From the NCBI GenBank assembly GCA_011109175.1, contig RDEW01000011.1:869061-933060 (forward strand): a stretch of 64,000 nucleotides of DNA. The letters run 5' to 3'. How positions within the stretch are numbered: the stretch's first letter is position 1; each line of letters opens with the position of its first letter. Made by a program: the position numbers and the translations under genes. The notes under the pieces are model-generated. The model was not told the origin of the DNA. It made no database searches and saw only the letters and a program-made list of their open reading frames with translations. Positions 12,859-25,700 of the stretch are shown here, piece after piece. This DNA is from Dicyema japonicum. Lineage: Eukaryota; Animalia; Dicyemida.

Positions 12859-13829
12859 ATGGACAAATTTAAGAGTTTTATGGATGTAGCTAAGAAGAAG
12901 GTTAAAAGCACATCAGTTCCTCTAAGTCAGGTTCGTCAAAAGACTGGGGAAATACTGGGGACTGCCGAAAGGACTCAATACGACGCTCAATTCGAAGACC
13001 TATTCAACAAATGTCAGAACATAAAGAAGGCTGTTCGCTCAATTATGGGTGATTTACGACCTTTAAGTCTCCCCAATCTTCAGACCGAGAAGAGGATAAA
13101 TCCCAGGTCTTTGGGTGCCAGTTTTGTGCAGACATCACGTGTTTTTACCTCGATTTCTTCAGTTTACAGTGAAATCGGTCCCACGGAATTGGGATTGGCA
13201 GAAATTGAGCAGAAAATGGTGCAGAAAATCCACGGAGAATTTTACGCCTCACTAGAAAAGTTTATCAAGAACTTCGAAGAGATCGAGGTTAAGAAAGTCA
13301 GTGATTATTAGAATGCCAGAAGGAGCTAGAGTACCTTCGTTTTTCCTACGACGCGGCCAGAAACGCCGTGATCCTTTCTGTGATCCTAGTCTTCTACTGA
13401 ACTAAAGGACCTCAAAGTGGCCTTCGAAACCGCCATGGAGAAGACCGTTGATAAATGAGTGAGTTCGCCGCTAAGGGGGTTGTCGTTATAATAAATGCAG
13501 GAATGTATGGAGGATACTTTTTTACAGTTGATTCAGGCCCAGTTTAAATACCACACAGAGGCTGCCAAACTGCTGGGAGCGTTGGTTCCTGGGTTGATGA
13601 GGTTGTGATTGTGCTGACTGTTAGTGGTGGAAAGAAAACATCAAAAAATGAATCCACGTGGGTGCAAGTAATATTTGAATATGAGGCAAAAAACATGAAT
13701 GAGTTGAGTCTTCAAGCGGATGAAGTATTAAGGGCAGAGTCATTAGTGGAAGTTAATGGTATGATAAAAGTGAGACGGGGTACTTGTACTGGATTAGTGC
13801 CTGTATCCTGTATTAAGCCTATTATATGA
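12859..13829 (+). CDS. Endophilin-like N-BAR + SH3 protein
   Basis: N-BAR (QKTGEILGTAERTQYD..LAEIE..KKKELEYLRFSYDAARN..LIQAQFKYH) and SH3 (VIFEYEAKNMNELSL..GLVPVSCI). Predicted GT-AG introns: 12901-12930 (in-frame, tentative), 13297-13319, 13368-13389, 13479-13500, 13602-13624. One extra base is needed at 13453-13455 to keep the frame. Confidence 0.85.
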
Positions 13830-13989
13830 TTATTTATGGTTAATTTACTTTGGGAATTATTATCATTAGACTTGGTGATGTGACTATAAAATGTCCACTA
13901 GATAGTGAGGATCATATTTATTTAAAATAAATTTTTTAAAGACAATTTAATATAATTTATTTAAATAAAATAAATTATAACTCCAAAGA

Positions 13990-14830
13990 TTAACGTGATC
14001 TTCTGTACGACAGCGGAGCGTATCTTCAACTTCCTGTCCGAGGATTACTCATGGAAGCAAGCTACGCTGCCATTGAGACTCGGGGGCTTGGAATTCACAA
14101 CCCTGTGGACCTTTCTATCCTTTCATATCCATCATCGCTAATGGTCTGTAACACCCATGTCAAGAGGATTCTACACTCTGCCTTAATTCTCTATTGACAA
14201 GGACCCCGGCCATGCTCGTTTGGCCTGGAGCCGCACTTATCAGCTTTCCCTTCCTTCCGCGTTCTCTCAGCGGGGCCTGGACGATGATATATGCAATAAT
14301 TCTTTTGATGATTTGCTAGTGTCATCTAGCCAACATCGCCAAGGTCGGAGGCGTCTTCCGAGAGATGTGTCTGGCTCAACGCCAATCTCAATGGAGTTTT
14401 GGGTATCCTCCTGGATGACGAATGCGTCCATTTTGGAATCTCATTACGAATGGGATTAAAAGTCTGTGTTCCACATAGGGCCGACGCGGAGACCAGATCG
14501 ACTGTTTTGGCCTACACCCCCTCTCCTGCAGGAATAGTGCAGGCTGATTTCTCAGACACATGGCCTTGAACAAGGCCGTTGGGCGAGCTTTGGACGTTGC
14601 CGGACACCCCTCCATGCTCGAGTCAATCGGTCTTTGCAGGCGTGACGGGAAAAGACAAGATGGGATGACAATCTTCCCTTTTGAAGCCGAGAAACTTCTT
14701 ATCTGGGACGTCACCTGCACCGACACGTTTGCCCCTTGCAACCTACTCCAGTGCCTATGAAGCCTGTTCTGCCGCTGAGAAGGCCGAGAGGTGGAAACGG
14801 ATAAGTACGCTGTCCTACCCAAGGATTTTA
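13990..14830 (+). mobile_element. CRE-like non-LTR retrotransposon 3' remnant
   Basis: QATLPLRLGGL, ALNKAVGRALDVAGHPSMLESIGLCRRDGKRQDGMTIFPF..LIWDVTCTDTFAP. Confidence 0.85.
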
Positions 14831-15309
14831 AATTTTTTAATTAAAAAATAAATAAATTTTTTGTAGATAATATTTGAATTTATAAAATCAAAAAAATCTC
14901 CCTTCTGATTCAGAATAAATTCCTGGTTAAATTTTTGTACAAATTCAGAAGGCGGATTATCTGAAAGTATCAATACACTCAAAAAGTTAATAAGTCATAT
15001 GTTCAATCTGCATTTCATATATTTTAAATCAAAGGAATCTTTTTATTATTAATACAGTTCAACCTCTCCCCCAATAGAAAAGCGCATCAACTACAGAGAG
15101 TAAAATAATTTATACATTTTTTCAATATTTTTTAATTTTTTAAATCATATCTGCAAAAGCGTAATTATTTAAATTTTTAATAAAATTTTATTTGAAAACT
15201 TTTTTTTAATTAAATAGCATGTTAAAAATAAAAAAGGTATTTTATTTATTAATTAAAAAATTATTTTGTTTAAAAAAAATTAAAATAGACCCGCCTGAAC
15301 TCGTCCTCT

Positions 15310-15390
15310 ACCTCGTCGGTCTGGGATCACTTAGTTGAAAACTTTTTATTTCTTTCTCTTTGACCCAGTGATCCTGGAGGTAATAATAAT
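15310..15390 (+). repeat. Short LINE/SINE 3' end (tail family B)
   Basis: GGATCACT..T-rich..AGTGATCC stem then GGAGG(TAA)n. Homologous to 37112-37170. Confidence 0.6.
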
Positions 15391-15587
15391 TAAAATATTA
15401 ATCGCTAATTTTCCCCTAATATTGTATTTTTTATGTACAGTAAACCCTCATTAATCCGAACAAAAAATTGGACGCCTTTCGGATTGTGAAAGTAATAAAA
15501 ATACTAATTCAATTGTAATTAATATTTATGATTTCACATATAATAATCTCTCCTTTTTCAGCACAAATTATTCCCTCGTCGACAATA

Positions 15588-15854
15588 ATAACGGCCTTTT
15601 CACGAGAGCCATAGTATTTATACCTCCGCATAGGCAGGACTAATTAATTTTAACTAATTGTAGAACCATCTTCACTTCTTTTTTTCTTTTTCTTGTGTGT
15701 GGGTCCTTTCTAGAGTATCCACTGGAGACGGCGTCATTCGTCAAACCCTTTTAGCATCGTAGATGCGTGGAACCTTCCACCAGGTGAACAGCAGCGAGAA
15801 TCGAACCCGTAACCTAAGTCACTTTAGACGACACCTAACCACTATGCCACCCGG
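15588..15854 (-). mobile_element. tRNA-derived SINE (family S), copy 3, RTE-type tail
   Basis: 8-bp TSD CGACAATA (15580-15587, 15855-15862). Full head CCGGGTGGCATAGTGGTTAGG..GGGTTCGATTCTC. Tail CTGCCTATGCGGAGGTATAAATACTATGGCTCTCGTGAAAAGGC. Confidence 0.92.
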
Positions 15855-16199
15855 CGACAATATATTCTTCACAATTTTTTTTATTAGCAAGTTCTTCCAG
15901 TTTTTTGTACTCAGTCAAAACAAAATTTTGCATGATATTTTCATTAGCAGATTTTAAAGACATTCGATTGCCCATGTTTTTTGAAACAATTTTTGTTGTG
16001 TTTTCTTCACTTCATGCGTGAGATACCATAATGATGCCCTTTCGTAAATTCACAATATTTATTTTTCTAATTAAGGACTTCCATGTAATCGAAAATAAGT
16101 CTTTTTCATAATAATGCTTAAAGTTCTTGATTATGACTGAATCGAACATTTTTGTAACTTTTTTCTTAACATTTAATTCATTACTTCAGTTTATATCTG

Positions 16200-16400
16200 T
16201 AGTCAAATTTGTTTCCCTTGCTGTGGAGACTCCCGGATCCTACTCCCTCTCTACACTCGAGTTTTTCGGACGTCTTGGAAACCGGATCACCTTATGTACT
16301 GGAGATCTCCGTGAACGCCGCTGGCTATTTGAGCGAATTTCGTTCGCAATTTTGAGAGGGAACAGCCACGCAGTGAGGGCGGCAACTACCTGACTTCTAT
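16200..16400 (+). mobile_element. 5'-truncated CRE-like 3' fragment
   Basis: LAVETPGSY..FFGRLGNRITLCTGDLRERRWLFERISFAILRGNSHAV. Confidence 0.8.
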
Positions 16401-18473
16401 TGTTTAGTAAAAGTTTAAATAATTATGATTTAATTCATCAGTAAGCTGACTGATAACCTCAAAAAGTTATGTTGTCATCCAAACCCTTTAATTTGCATAG
16501 TAAATATATTTCCAAGTCAACATCTTAAACATTATGGTCTTTGACTTGCCTAATAACGAAAGGTTTAATTTTTAGTATTCTAGTTGCATTAGCACAAAAA
16601 ACTATAGTTATTCTCACTTTTCATTGCTTTATGCCCTTTCTATCATTACATGAAATTGTTCAAGAAGGGAAGATTGAAAAAGATCCCAGTTTCATCCATT
16701 CATCCTTGAAATCCATTCAAAAGCAAATTATCAAGTTCACATTTTTTAAGAATTTCTGAAAGTATCGAAATTTTTATTTCACAATGTGGGATAATTATTT
16801 TCTCAAAAAATTAGAAATAAAATTTTTATTGTCATTTGCCATGTATTTTTTATTTCACAATTTTTTCTTTTCCGTGCAATAGAAATTTCGGTACTCTTTA
16901 ACCTGTAGCACTTTATTGAAGCCTGTTTGTATGCAAACTTCATAAAATTTTGCTGACGCGTCGAAAAATTCGGATTATTGAAGTTTTGACTCATCAAAAT
17001 TTGGATGAACGGGGGTTTCCTGTAATTTGTTGGAGACGTTCAGTCTGAAATCATAATTTTTCAAGTATTTCAGGACAAGCATTAAATAATAAATTTTGAT
17101 AAATATGACATGGAGCAGTTTTTAAAAAAATTAAAATTTGTCGATTCTGAAAGAACGTTTCATCATTAATTTTTTTGTAACCAACTGCTGAAGATGTCAC
17201 TAGCGGTTTAACCCAACTTTATACAACCCAGATATTTCCCTTTCGGACATAGAGTTCCTTGATAAGGCTTCAACAAACAGTCACAAATGATTAATCCGTG
17301 GAAGAAACCCAAACGACAGGTATGCTTGTAGCGACCATACCCATCCTCAAATAGTACGCTATAGACTTCCGCTTCAGGAGAGAGGTGGAGAAGTAGGTTC
17401 GCCTTCCATTTTCATCACACGTCCTACCGTCGTTGACATCACTTCATTGTTTAAGGACAAGGTGATTAAATCAAACAATAATAAATAATTATTCAAAAAT
17501 TTAAATTATTTTATTTAATTAATTTAAATATAACAAACGTGTTTATCCAACATGTCTCGTATGAGTAAAGTAATTTACACCAAAATACAGGAATCATATT
17601 TGATTCTTCTAAAAGAATGGAATATTTTACAAGTAATAACAATATATTTATTACAGATGGTTGACCATATTAACGAATCCGAAATGAATCAAAAATTAAA
17701 TAATTTTACAGAAGAAATAATTGATAATCTAACCAATGGTATATAAACTAGTAATATCAGATTCATTATGTCCTGAGGAAGTGAAGACAGATGTCCTTGA
17801 CTTTCTCGACAATTCCTTGGATCTCCTAGTTGATGAGAATGACTCATCACTTATATACGTAATAGTGTTAGGATGACCATAGATCTCTCAAATGATGATA
17901 AACATATATGATTTGAGTATAAAAGAGGATTGGTCACAACTTCAAAATGAAATGGAGAAAATAAGCCCCAGACAATCAAATAATATTAATAATGATTCCA
18001 TTAAATGTGAGAAAATGATTGTTGAGGATGACGGGTGGATTACTGTTAAAAATAATAAATATTATTAATTTTATTTTTATTTGGATTTTTATTAATTACT
18101 ACCCTCGGATGACGAAAACAATAATAACGTAGGCGAAGTGGTCCCGGGTTGTTTGGAAAACAGGAAATTGATGGTCCCTAATCCAATTTCTCGACGAGGA
18201 ACCGGGAAAATGTCATATCTCGCCAGATGATTGTCAATCAGGTGAATAAGGGGGATAAAGTTTAGTGGGCGTTGGAAATTTCCCGGCTATTTAAGGCAAG
18301 ATTTGGAAGACTACCTTCAGGTGGATGGACTTCAATAGCGAAAGCCTTCAATGTCTATTTCATCTGGACAGGGAAGAAATCAAAAAAGATATGGGTTTGC
18401 CAACATGGATTTCGAAAAGTAAAGAAGGGCGAAATCGGGTGAATCGGTGCTTGTATTCAGGGAATCCACGAAT

Positions 18474-18793
18474 TTATTATTAATTAACCCCGAATACACC
18501 GAGAAAGAAGTTAAAGTAAACAACTAATTAAGTGTATCCAGTTTCCACTTCTAGAGAAACAGAGTCCATCCGGAATCAGCATAAAAGGTAAGACGTCCAT
18601 TACATGCAGTTGTGGTAACCCCTCCAGTGGAGTGGGGGAGAGCACATGATCCTTTTTCGTGCCGGCCTGGCACTGGGCGTCACCTAGACAGGTGGATCAC
18701 ATGACGCCACTCTAATAGGAAGAGACAGGAGGAACAGACAAGAAAGCAGAAAAATTCAACCAATTAACCACGCAACACCACATGGCGCCACGC
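18474..18793 (-). mobile_element. Short retroposon family A, full-length copy
   Basis: 13-bp TSD GGAATCCACGAAT (18461-18473, 18794-18806) and a TAA-rich tail. Confidence 0.92.
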
Positions 18794-19079
18794 GGAATCC
18801 ACGAATCTAGGAAGGAATTTAGAAAAATTATAGGTCCTTTGAACTCAATGGGAGTTATATTTATCGTGGCTTATAGGGGAGAAAAAGACTGCTGAATTTT
18901 CGTTACCGAGAGTGTATTTCATTTTTGGAGAATATTTGGAAAAATAGGTGAGCAGTGAGAACACATTCTTGATGAACAAACAGGTGAGCGAGAAGAAAAT
19001 ACATTTGCAGAATTTAGCAAAAAAAGCAACTTTTTGAACTGCTGGGGAGGTAGCGTATGTAAATTTATGCAAGTTGGTT

Positions 19080-19830
19080 ACGAAATGTGTGAATAGAAGA
19101 TCATCAGACTATGAGGAACCTGATCAGTGACAATCAATTGAGAACCCGAAGAATGTGTCAAAGGGCTAAAGAACAGGCAGTATTTAACCAATGCATCAAC
19201 CAGCAGACCGGGGATGATTTGGCAACTATGCGGGTAGACGCTTTTGATTCGGTGGATCATGACTTTTTGTATCGGGTACTCGATAGCTCTGGACTTCCTT
19301 ACTGGATTGTAGATTTCGTGAAAAACCTGATAACAAAATTGAAAATTAAGTTGAATTTGAATCACAAAGAAATTGGGGGAATCATGATGAAGAAGAGAGG
19401 GATACTAAGGATGACACTGTCACTGAAGATCTTTATTATATTAAATGGACTTATAAAAAGAGCTCCAAGAAGAATCTTTAAGAGAACAAAAACGGAGGAA
19501 ACTGAAGGATCATTGTGTCTTAACAAGACGTAATTTATTCTTCAACAATGCTGGAGCAAAGTGCAGTCACTGTTGCTGCCAGGTAAGTGCTGACCACTTG
19601 GCAACAAGATGTGGTCGCATGCTAAATAGAGACAACCAACAAGGTGGTTAAATGCATACATCTGCACCTGTGTCGTCAATATGAATTAGGAAGACTGGAG
19701 ACTTAAGACACACTACGTGAGTCTATTGTGCGAAGAGTCTGTAGAGATTCGAGTTGATACAACAATAGCCACGGATTAGAAGGCGCAGAATAACAAACCT
19801 TTTTGTGAACAATAAAAGGAGCAACATCTT
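19080..19830 (+). mobile_element. R4/Dong-like RT and Zn-knuckle remnant
   Basis: RRMCQRAKEQAVFNQCIN..AFDSVDHDFLYRVL, DHLATRCGRML, VEIRVDTTIATD. Confidence 0.8.
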
Positions 19831-20489
19831 ACACTGATCGAAGTATGAATCACCCTCCAATTGGCATCAAAACAAGTCGAAATAGAAAAGTTGCACAAAC
19901 ACAATTTTTTGCCACGAATTGTCCAAAATAAATATAAAGAAAATTTATTGAAAAACCCTTAATATTAGTTTGTCAATCAGGTGTAGCACATCTTTTCGTA
20001 CTGGATCAAGCTACTGGATGTGGCATTAACGTTCTCACTTAATGTTGTGATTATTTGATTAAGAAATGGAATTTGTTCACAGTCCCTTGGTTTAAGTCTA
20101 TTGTAGGCTTCATTAAGTTCCTGAATTGGTCCCAACGCTGCATAATAAGAGATATTCTTGTATTCATCACCACACACGTTTCCATATTCACTATTGACGC
20201 GGGAAATATAAAGACTTAAAAATCTAAAGATTTCCCTCCATCGTGAGTATTCTAGCTTAAGTAATCGGAGCTCTCTCTCACAGGCTTAAAATATACTCAA
20301 AGTTACCTCGTGGACTTTGGGTATGTGTGTTATATGAGATTCTGTTAATTATGAGTGAAATCAAGGTTATGAGTGGAGCCAGCATTATCTCGCCAAAATA
20401 TGAGTTCTTTTATAGCGAACGTAATGTGCACGAAATTTCAAAAATACATTTTGTTCGGAATGTCAAAAATTTCAGTGAACTATACACAC

Positions 20490-21362
20490 CATATAAGCCG
20501 CTATGAGGGAACTTAGACCGTCATACCATGGAAAGACGGAAGAAGTAATCTACGCGGACGATGTAGACCTAATTTCTGAAGACAAAGAGGTCCTGGAAAA
20601 CCTATTAGAAAAAGCACCAGATGTACTAGGGAAATGGTTTCTTACTGTGAACAGAGAAAAAACAGAACTCACAGAGATAAGAAGGATGAGTAACGTTTTA
20701 GAAGAGAAGTGGCGACAAGTAAAGAAACTCGGTTCACTTATGGGAGATAGCGAAGATATTTTACGTAGGAAAACTCTAGCCAATGCTGCGTTATATAAAC
20801 TGAAGAATTTATGGCTCAATCAAAAAGGCATCGACACGAAAATGAGAATCCTACTATACGACTCATTCATAAAACCCGTACTTTTATATAACGCTGGAAC
20901 TTGGGCGACCTCATCAGCGGATATGAAAAAACTAGACTCGTTCCACAGAGGTCAGCTGAGAAAAATAACAGGAACTACTTGGCCTACGAGAATATCTAGA
21001 ATGCTTTATATAAAAGATGCAGCACTAGACTATCAGCTTAGAAGTACTGGAATCCAGATGGAGCTTTCGGACACGTGTTGAGGATAGAATTAACTCCCCA
21101 CCTAACATATCTATGGAAACATACTATGTTAGTCAAGAAGGCCGCTATCGGGGAAGACCAAGAACAACACTGCCAATAGTCTTACAAAAAGACCTGGTCA
21201 GTATAAAAAAATCTAACAAATGCCGACGACCTGGACAGCATGAGAGCCTTGGCTAGGGACAGGGGAGCATGGAAAAGGATGACATCTAACCTTGTTTCTT
21301 TTGCTGCACATGCGGGGCTATAATTAGTAATGGCTCTTGTGAAGTGCTTAAATAATAATAAT
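20490..21362 (+). mobile_element. RTE-clade LINE, 5'-truncated, RT C-terminal half and 3' tail
   Basis: YADDVDL..VKKLGSLMGD..LYDSFIKPVLLYNAGTW..LDSFHRGQL, later RWELFGHV, GRPRTTLP and ..AHAGL*. Tail ATGGCTCTTGTGAAGTGCTTAA(ATA)n. Confidence 0.92.
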
Positions 21363-21859
21363 ACACACCATATAAAAAATAATGGAAAACACTAATTTTA
21401 TCTACCCCTGTCCCTTCACGTGGAGGAAACCAATGGCTAACAAAAAATAACTACCAAAACTAGATGCTCCCGAGATTCGAGAGGTGTATTCGGTGTAGCG
21501 CATTACTGATCGAAAACCATGTCACTTAAGGCAATAGCTCACCTCTTTTAATTCACCACTTATGTCTTAAATACAATGTCGACAGGGTGGGGATTGTCTG
21601 CTAGTCAAGTGGGATGAATGGTTCTCTTTGAGGTGCAAGACTCGCCTCTGGGGCCACCAGAACTTACAAAAGTGATGCAACATAGCCACAGTACTGAGTG
21701 AATCTTCATTAAACCAAATTCTCGGTAAAAATACTAATGTAGACATCGCACAGCCCTCATGTCTGGATTTTCATAAAAAAACTATTTCGTAAAAGTAAAA
21801 CATTTTTAATAAATTTTTATATAATTTAATTCATTCACTCAGGAAAATCGCTCGTATGG

Positions 21860-22180
21860 GACTGCACTGTTGTGGATTCCTTCTCGAACTCGATGATGCT
21901 CAGCTCGGCGCAGTCTGCTGGATCGGCAGCCTATCTGGCCGAGAAAATCAAGATTAAAAATATGGCGAAATTGGAGATCGCTTTCGTTTTATACCGGTGG
22001 CAATCGAAACGTCTGGTGCTGCGGAAGTATCACAGCCTTTTTCCTGAAGGAAATCGGAGGGAAATTGGCCCATCGTAAGAAAGACGTGCGGAAGCGGTCT
22101 GGTCTGGCTGAGGCAATGAATTGGGATTGCAGTTGTCCGCGGAAACGCTTATTCAGTAATGTCAGCAGCCGCTCTTTATC
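21860..22180 (+). mobile_element. CRE-like 3' fragment
   Basis: SAQSAGSAAYLAEKIK..KYGEIGDRFRFIPVAIETSG..RGNAYSVM-like end. Confidence 0.75.
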
Positions 22181-22399
22181 GTTATTGTTAATAATTCTTC
22201 CCTGAAAAAAATGGCATTTGTGGCAAAAAATTGCCCTGCTTATTACGTTATTCTCAACAATATAAGGCTCCATAAAGTGGAGAATTATTTCCGTTTAAAA
22301 GCCAATAAGAAAATCGTATAATATTCACATAACCCTCCACCAAATTTTTGTATAGGGCAGAGTAAAGACTCTTTTTTGATTTAAGAGTAGTTAACTCAA

Positions 22400-22740
22400 C
22401 GTCTTACTATCATATCCAACGGTGGGACAGTATATATTCTTCAATTGCAGACAATGAGTTTTCTGTGAAATTTCGGCTTGAGGGATTGCGACACTCCTCT
22501 GGCTGCCAAGCCAACCAGCCTATGCAAGGGGGAAAGTACTACCAGCAGAAGCCAAAAACCATAAAATAAGCGGACTGTTCGCATAACCTTGTAAAGGACA
22601 TACGAGTCAGTTGTCTTTTTCCCCTCATCCAATGGGATGTACTTGAAATAGCATGGCAGTTCCTTAAGTTGTTGTAAGCAGGGGAGTACTCTTTATCAGC
22701 CACCTTGATTTCTATGTTCAATCACCTCCAGAGTTTGTTG
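22400..22740 (-). mobile_element. R4/Dong-like remnant
   Basis: WMRG..TTDSYV and CQL..TVPPL segments matching the other R4-like pieces in this window. Confidence 0.55.
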
Positions 22741-25700
22741 ATCGACTAACGGGTGTAAATTTTCCTTGCTTCTCCTATGGATAACACATTATGAAATCTA
22801 CGCTTACTGAACTGAAGAATAAACTCTCGTAAATTTCACAACTTGTAGATCAAAGGAAAATCAAAGTTGGCAACTAGATACTGTGTACATTGAAAGGCTA
22901 AAAAAGTGAATTTAGGAAAACCACTGTTAGCATTCTTGAACTCTAATCGATTTTAAATGATAAAGTACTTTAACAGCTTTTCAAATGAACTTGAAAAAAA
23001 CCATGTAAATTTGTTAATTTATCGGGAATCTCGTGGATTAGAATCTGTCGCCTGATCTCTGTGAACGCCCGTCTTTGCCGCTACTTTCTGTGTAATAAAT
23101 AAATTAACCCAATAATCCACTTCATTGACCAATCTCGAGCCATTATGCCAGAAATATAATTTGCACTTTATTTTTAATTATCGATTTAAGACTTCAAAGT
23201 CGGGGACCAGTTCCACAATTAGGTTTCAACGGTGTTTAGTTATTTATCGTCTTGTTGTTGCTACCATCAAATACCCAATATTCGCAAACGCTCCACGTGC
23301 ACATACGAATATTACGAATTATGCTAGCACGTCTCAAGAAATGGCAATAATGCGAACTACCAACTCCTTGCTATATTAAACGACACAAATCCGTCATAAC
23401 AAAAATAATTCAGGCATAGACCCGTGTTTCATGAAAACTCACAAAAAAATAAAAAACTAAAGGGTGAATGAGAGTAAGGACAAGGACAGACATAAAGATA
23501 GTGAATAATATAAAATATGTTATTCTCTTGAATAATTCATTGGTTGAATTTTACGCTTATTTTCGGTAATGATTGACACGTGGTCTGCGAATTTGACCTG
23601 ACGGGTTAAATTTTGTGACAAATTTGCTTGTTTTTTCAAAATCTTTTTTTATAAAACAAAATACTCCGCTTTTTCGGGTATCAAAACACGGCAAAACTGT
23701 GAATTCTTTGCTTTTCTTTGAATTACGTGCACTGATTTGGCTCATCTGAATAAAATCGATATTTTCAAGCCCAACCTCGTGGTTTGCTGATTTCGCTGAC
23801 TTTTTAGTTTCAAAGATTTTTAATGTCGGTTTTTTTGTTTGTCGTTCCTCCTAGAGTTATGAATAAATATACAACTGAATTTTTTGCTGCGGCTTTGAAG
23901 GGAATTTTGTGGTTTTCTACCAATATAATAACTGATAATTAAAGTTTAAAGGAAACAAAGTCACCTGAGGTGCTAAAATTGATTTGCTGGGGATTTGAAA
24001 GTTTCCGTAATGGGAGTCGAATCATCTATTGAGAAAAATATTTATTTAAAAAATTAAATTTATAAATAAATTTAAATATTATAAAAATATTTACTTTTTC
24101 AACTTTATTCAAAAATTTCTGGGATTCATTTTCAAAAGATTCTTCAATATATATTCCTTGTTAGTATATTATTCAATAATACTTTCAGCTTTGTCAAATG
24201 GTTGCAGTTTCTTATTAAACTGATGCATTTGGAATACGATCTCTTGTTCGTCCTTTCGTCCTATTTAATGTTTAATAATTATATTAGAAATGACGTCATA
24301 ATCAATGAAATGACGAACCTTCAACAATTGGCCTCTTTAGCACGAAAGTGAATTGGTTCTCTCCATGCTGGGTTATTATCGGCGCCATTAGAATAACTGT
24401 AGTTTGAATGGAGAAGTAACCGCAATTAATTGCTTTTATATAACAAGTGACGTTGTACCGCATATTTTTATATTGATTTTTATGTTTGAATTTTAAACAT
24501 TTTTTGCGATTACTGAATTGTCGTTTTGTGCACAAAAAGTAGGAATTGAGCATTTATTTTATTCCTTGGCTTAACGTTTACTAGCAATAAATGTTCTGTG
24601 CTATCCTGCTCGAATCACTCTCAAGTTTATGTTTCAATTTTTAGAGGAGTCGCTTTGAAAAATTCGGTAGAACGATCAAATGAATCTATGACTGTCGAGA
24701 TCCGAAGGCGAAAGCCCTATGGAGTGACGACAGTTCTAAAATGGACATGCGATTGAGAATAGCTACGCTCACTCAACAGCTGGTGCACTTGAATACGTGG
24801 ATAAACTTTTTAGTTCAAATCTCGGGTTTCTGTTGTCCCCTAAATATGCCACGTGTCCTGGGAAGAAGACAAGATCAAAGAGAAATTTAATGCACGGTAA
24901 CCAACTACTCCTACCACCAAGTTAATTGGCCACTAGATTGTTCAAATTCGAAATCAACAGTGGACAGGTCGTTTATTGTTAACAAAAAAATATATGGCAA
25001 ATTTTATATTGAACGGACGATCAGAAATTGTATTTCCTACTGTGAACACGCATAAAACCCACAAACCACTAAGAAATTCAAACCTAGTCGAATTTTGCTA
25101 AAAATATGACCGTCATGTAACAGAAGAGCAATGGGAGTCATTAAGGAACTAGAGGTGGCACAAGAATTTATTGGAGGACTTTGCGAGCAAGTTTGGCGCG
25201 GAAATGTCCATTTCCGATTACAGAGTGCCTCACATAGTAAGAAAGACAGGAAAGTAGTGTGACTTCATCGAACATGATTGATCAACTGCATTTCTCTCAA
25301 TGTGAGCTGACATTTATTCAAGTCATTGAAGACACACGACTCATTGATCAGTCTCCAAGGCCACTTAGGAGGAAGATTCTTTATTCAGACGTCAACATTG
25401 CCTTATTGGACTCTTTAACCATCCAAGAGACAATCCTCCTATTCAACGATTTTGTGCACAGGACAAGTATGTCACCAAAAGTTGAATTTGAGTAATTTCG
25501 GGTTATCACAGTAGACGAACAATCTGGAGAATAAATTGAAGAGTGGGGGAGTCATCTGAGTTACATTGAAAAGTTTTTTGAGAAGACTCTTACTGAGGCC
25601 GAGAAATGGTTGGCCTGCCATATCACTTGTGGGATACAGGAAGAGAGATCCGGGATTACTTTACTCGTAAAGGAAAAAATAATGGTCATCAAACAAAGTT

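Larger units (their letters stand above)
15438..17022. mobile_element. pogo-like DNA transposon shell with nested SINE and CRE fragment
   Basis: Imperfect TIRs CAGTAAACCCTCATTAATCCGAA / TTGGATGAACGGGGGTTTCCTG, TA flanks. Confidence 0.7.

Noticed and set aside
19977-20177. ORF CGDEYKNISYY..YEKMCYT as a gene
   Set aside because: It has no recognisable domain, start or splice context. It could be a small exon, but I cannot support that.
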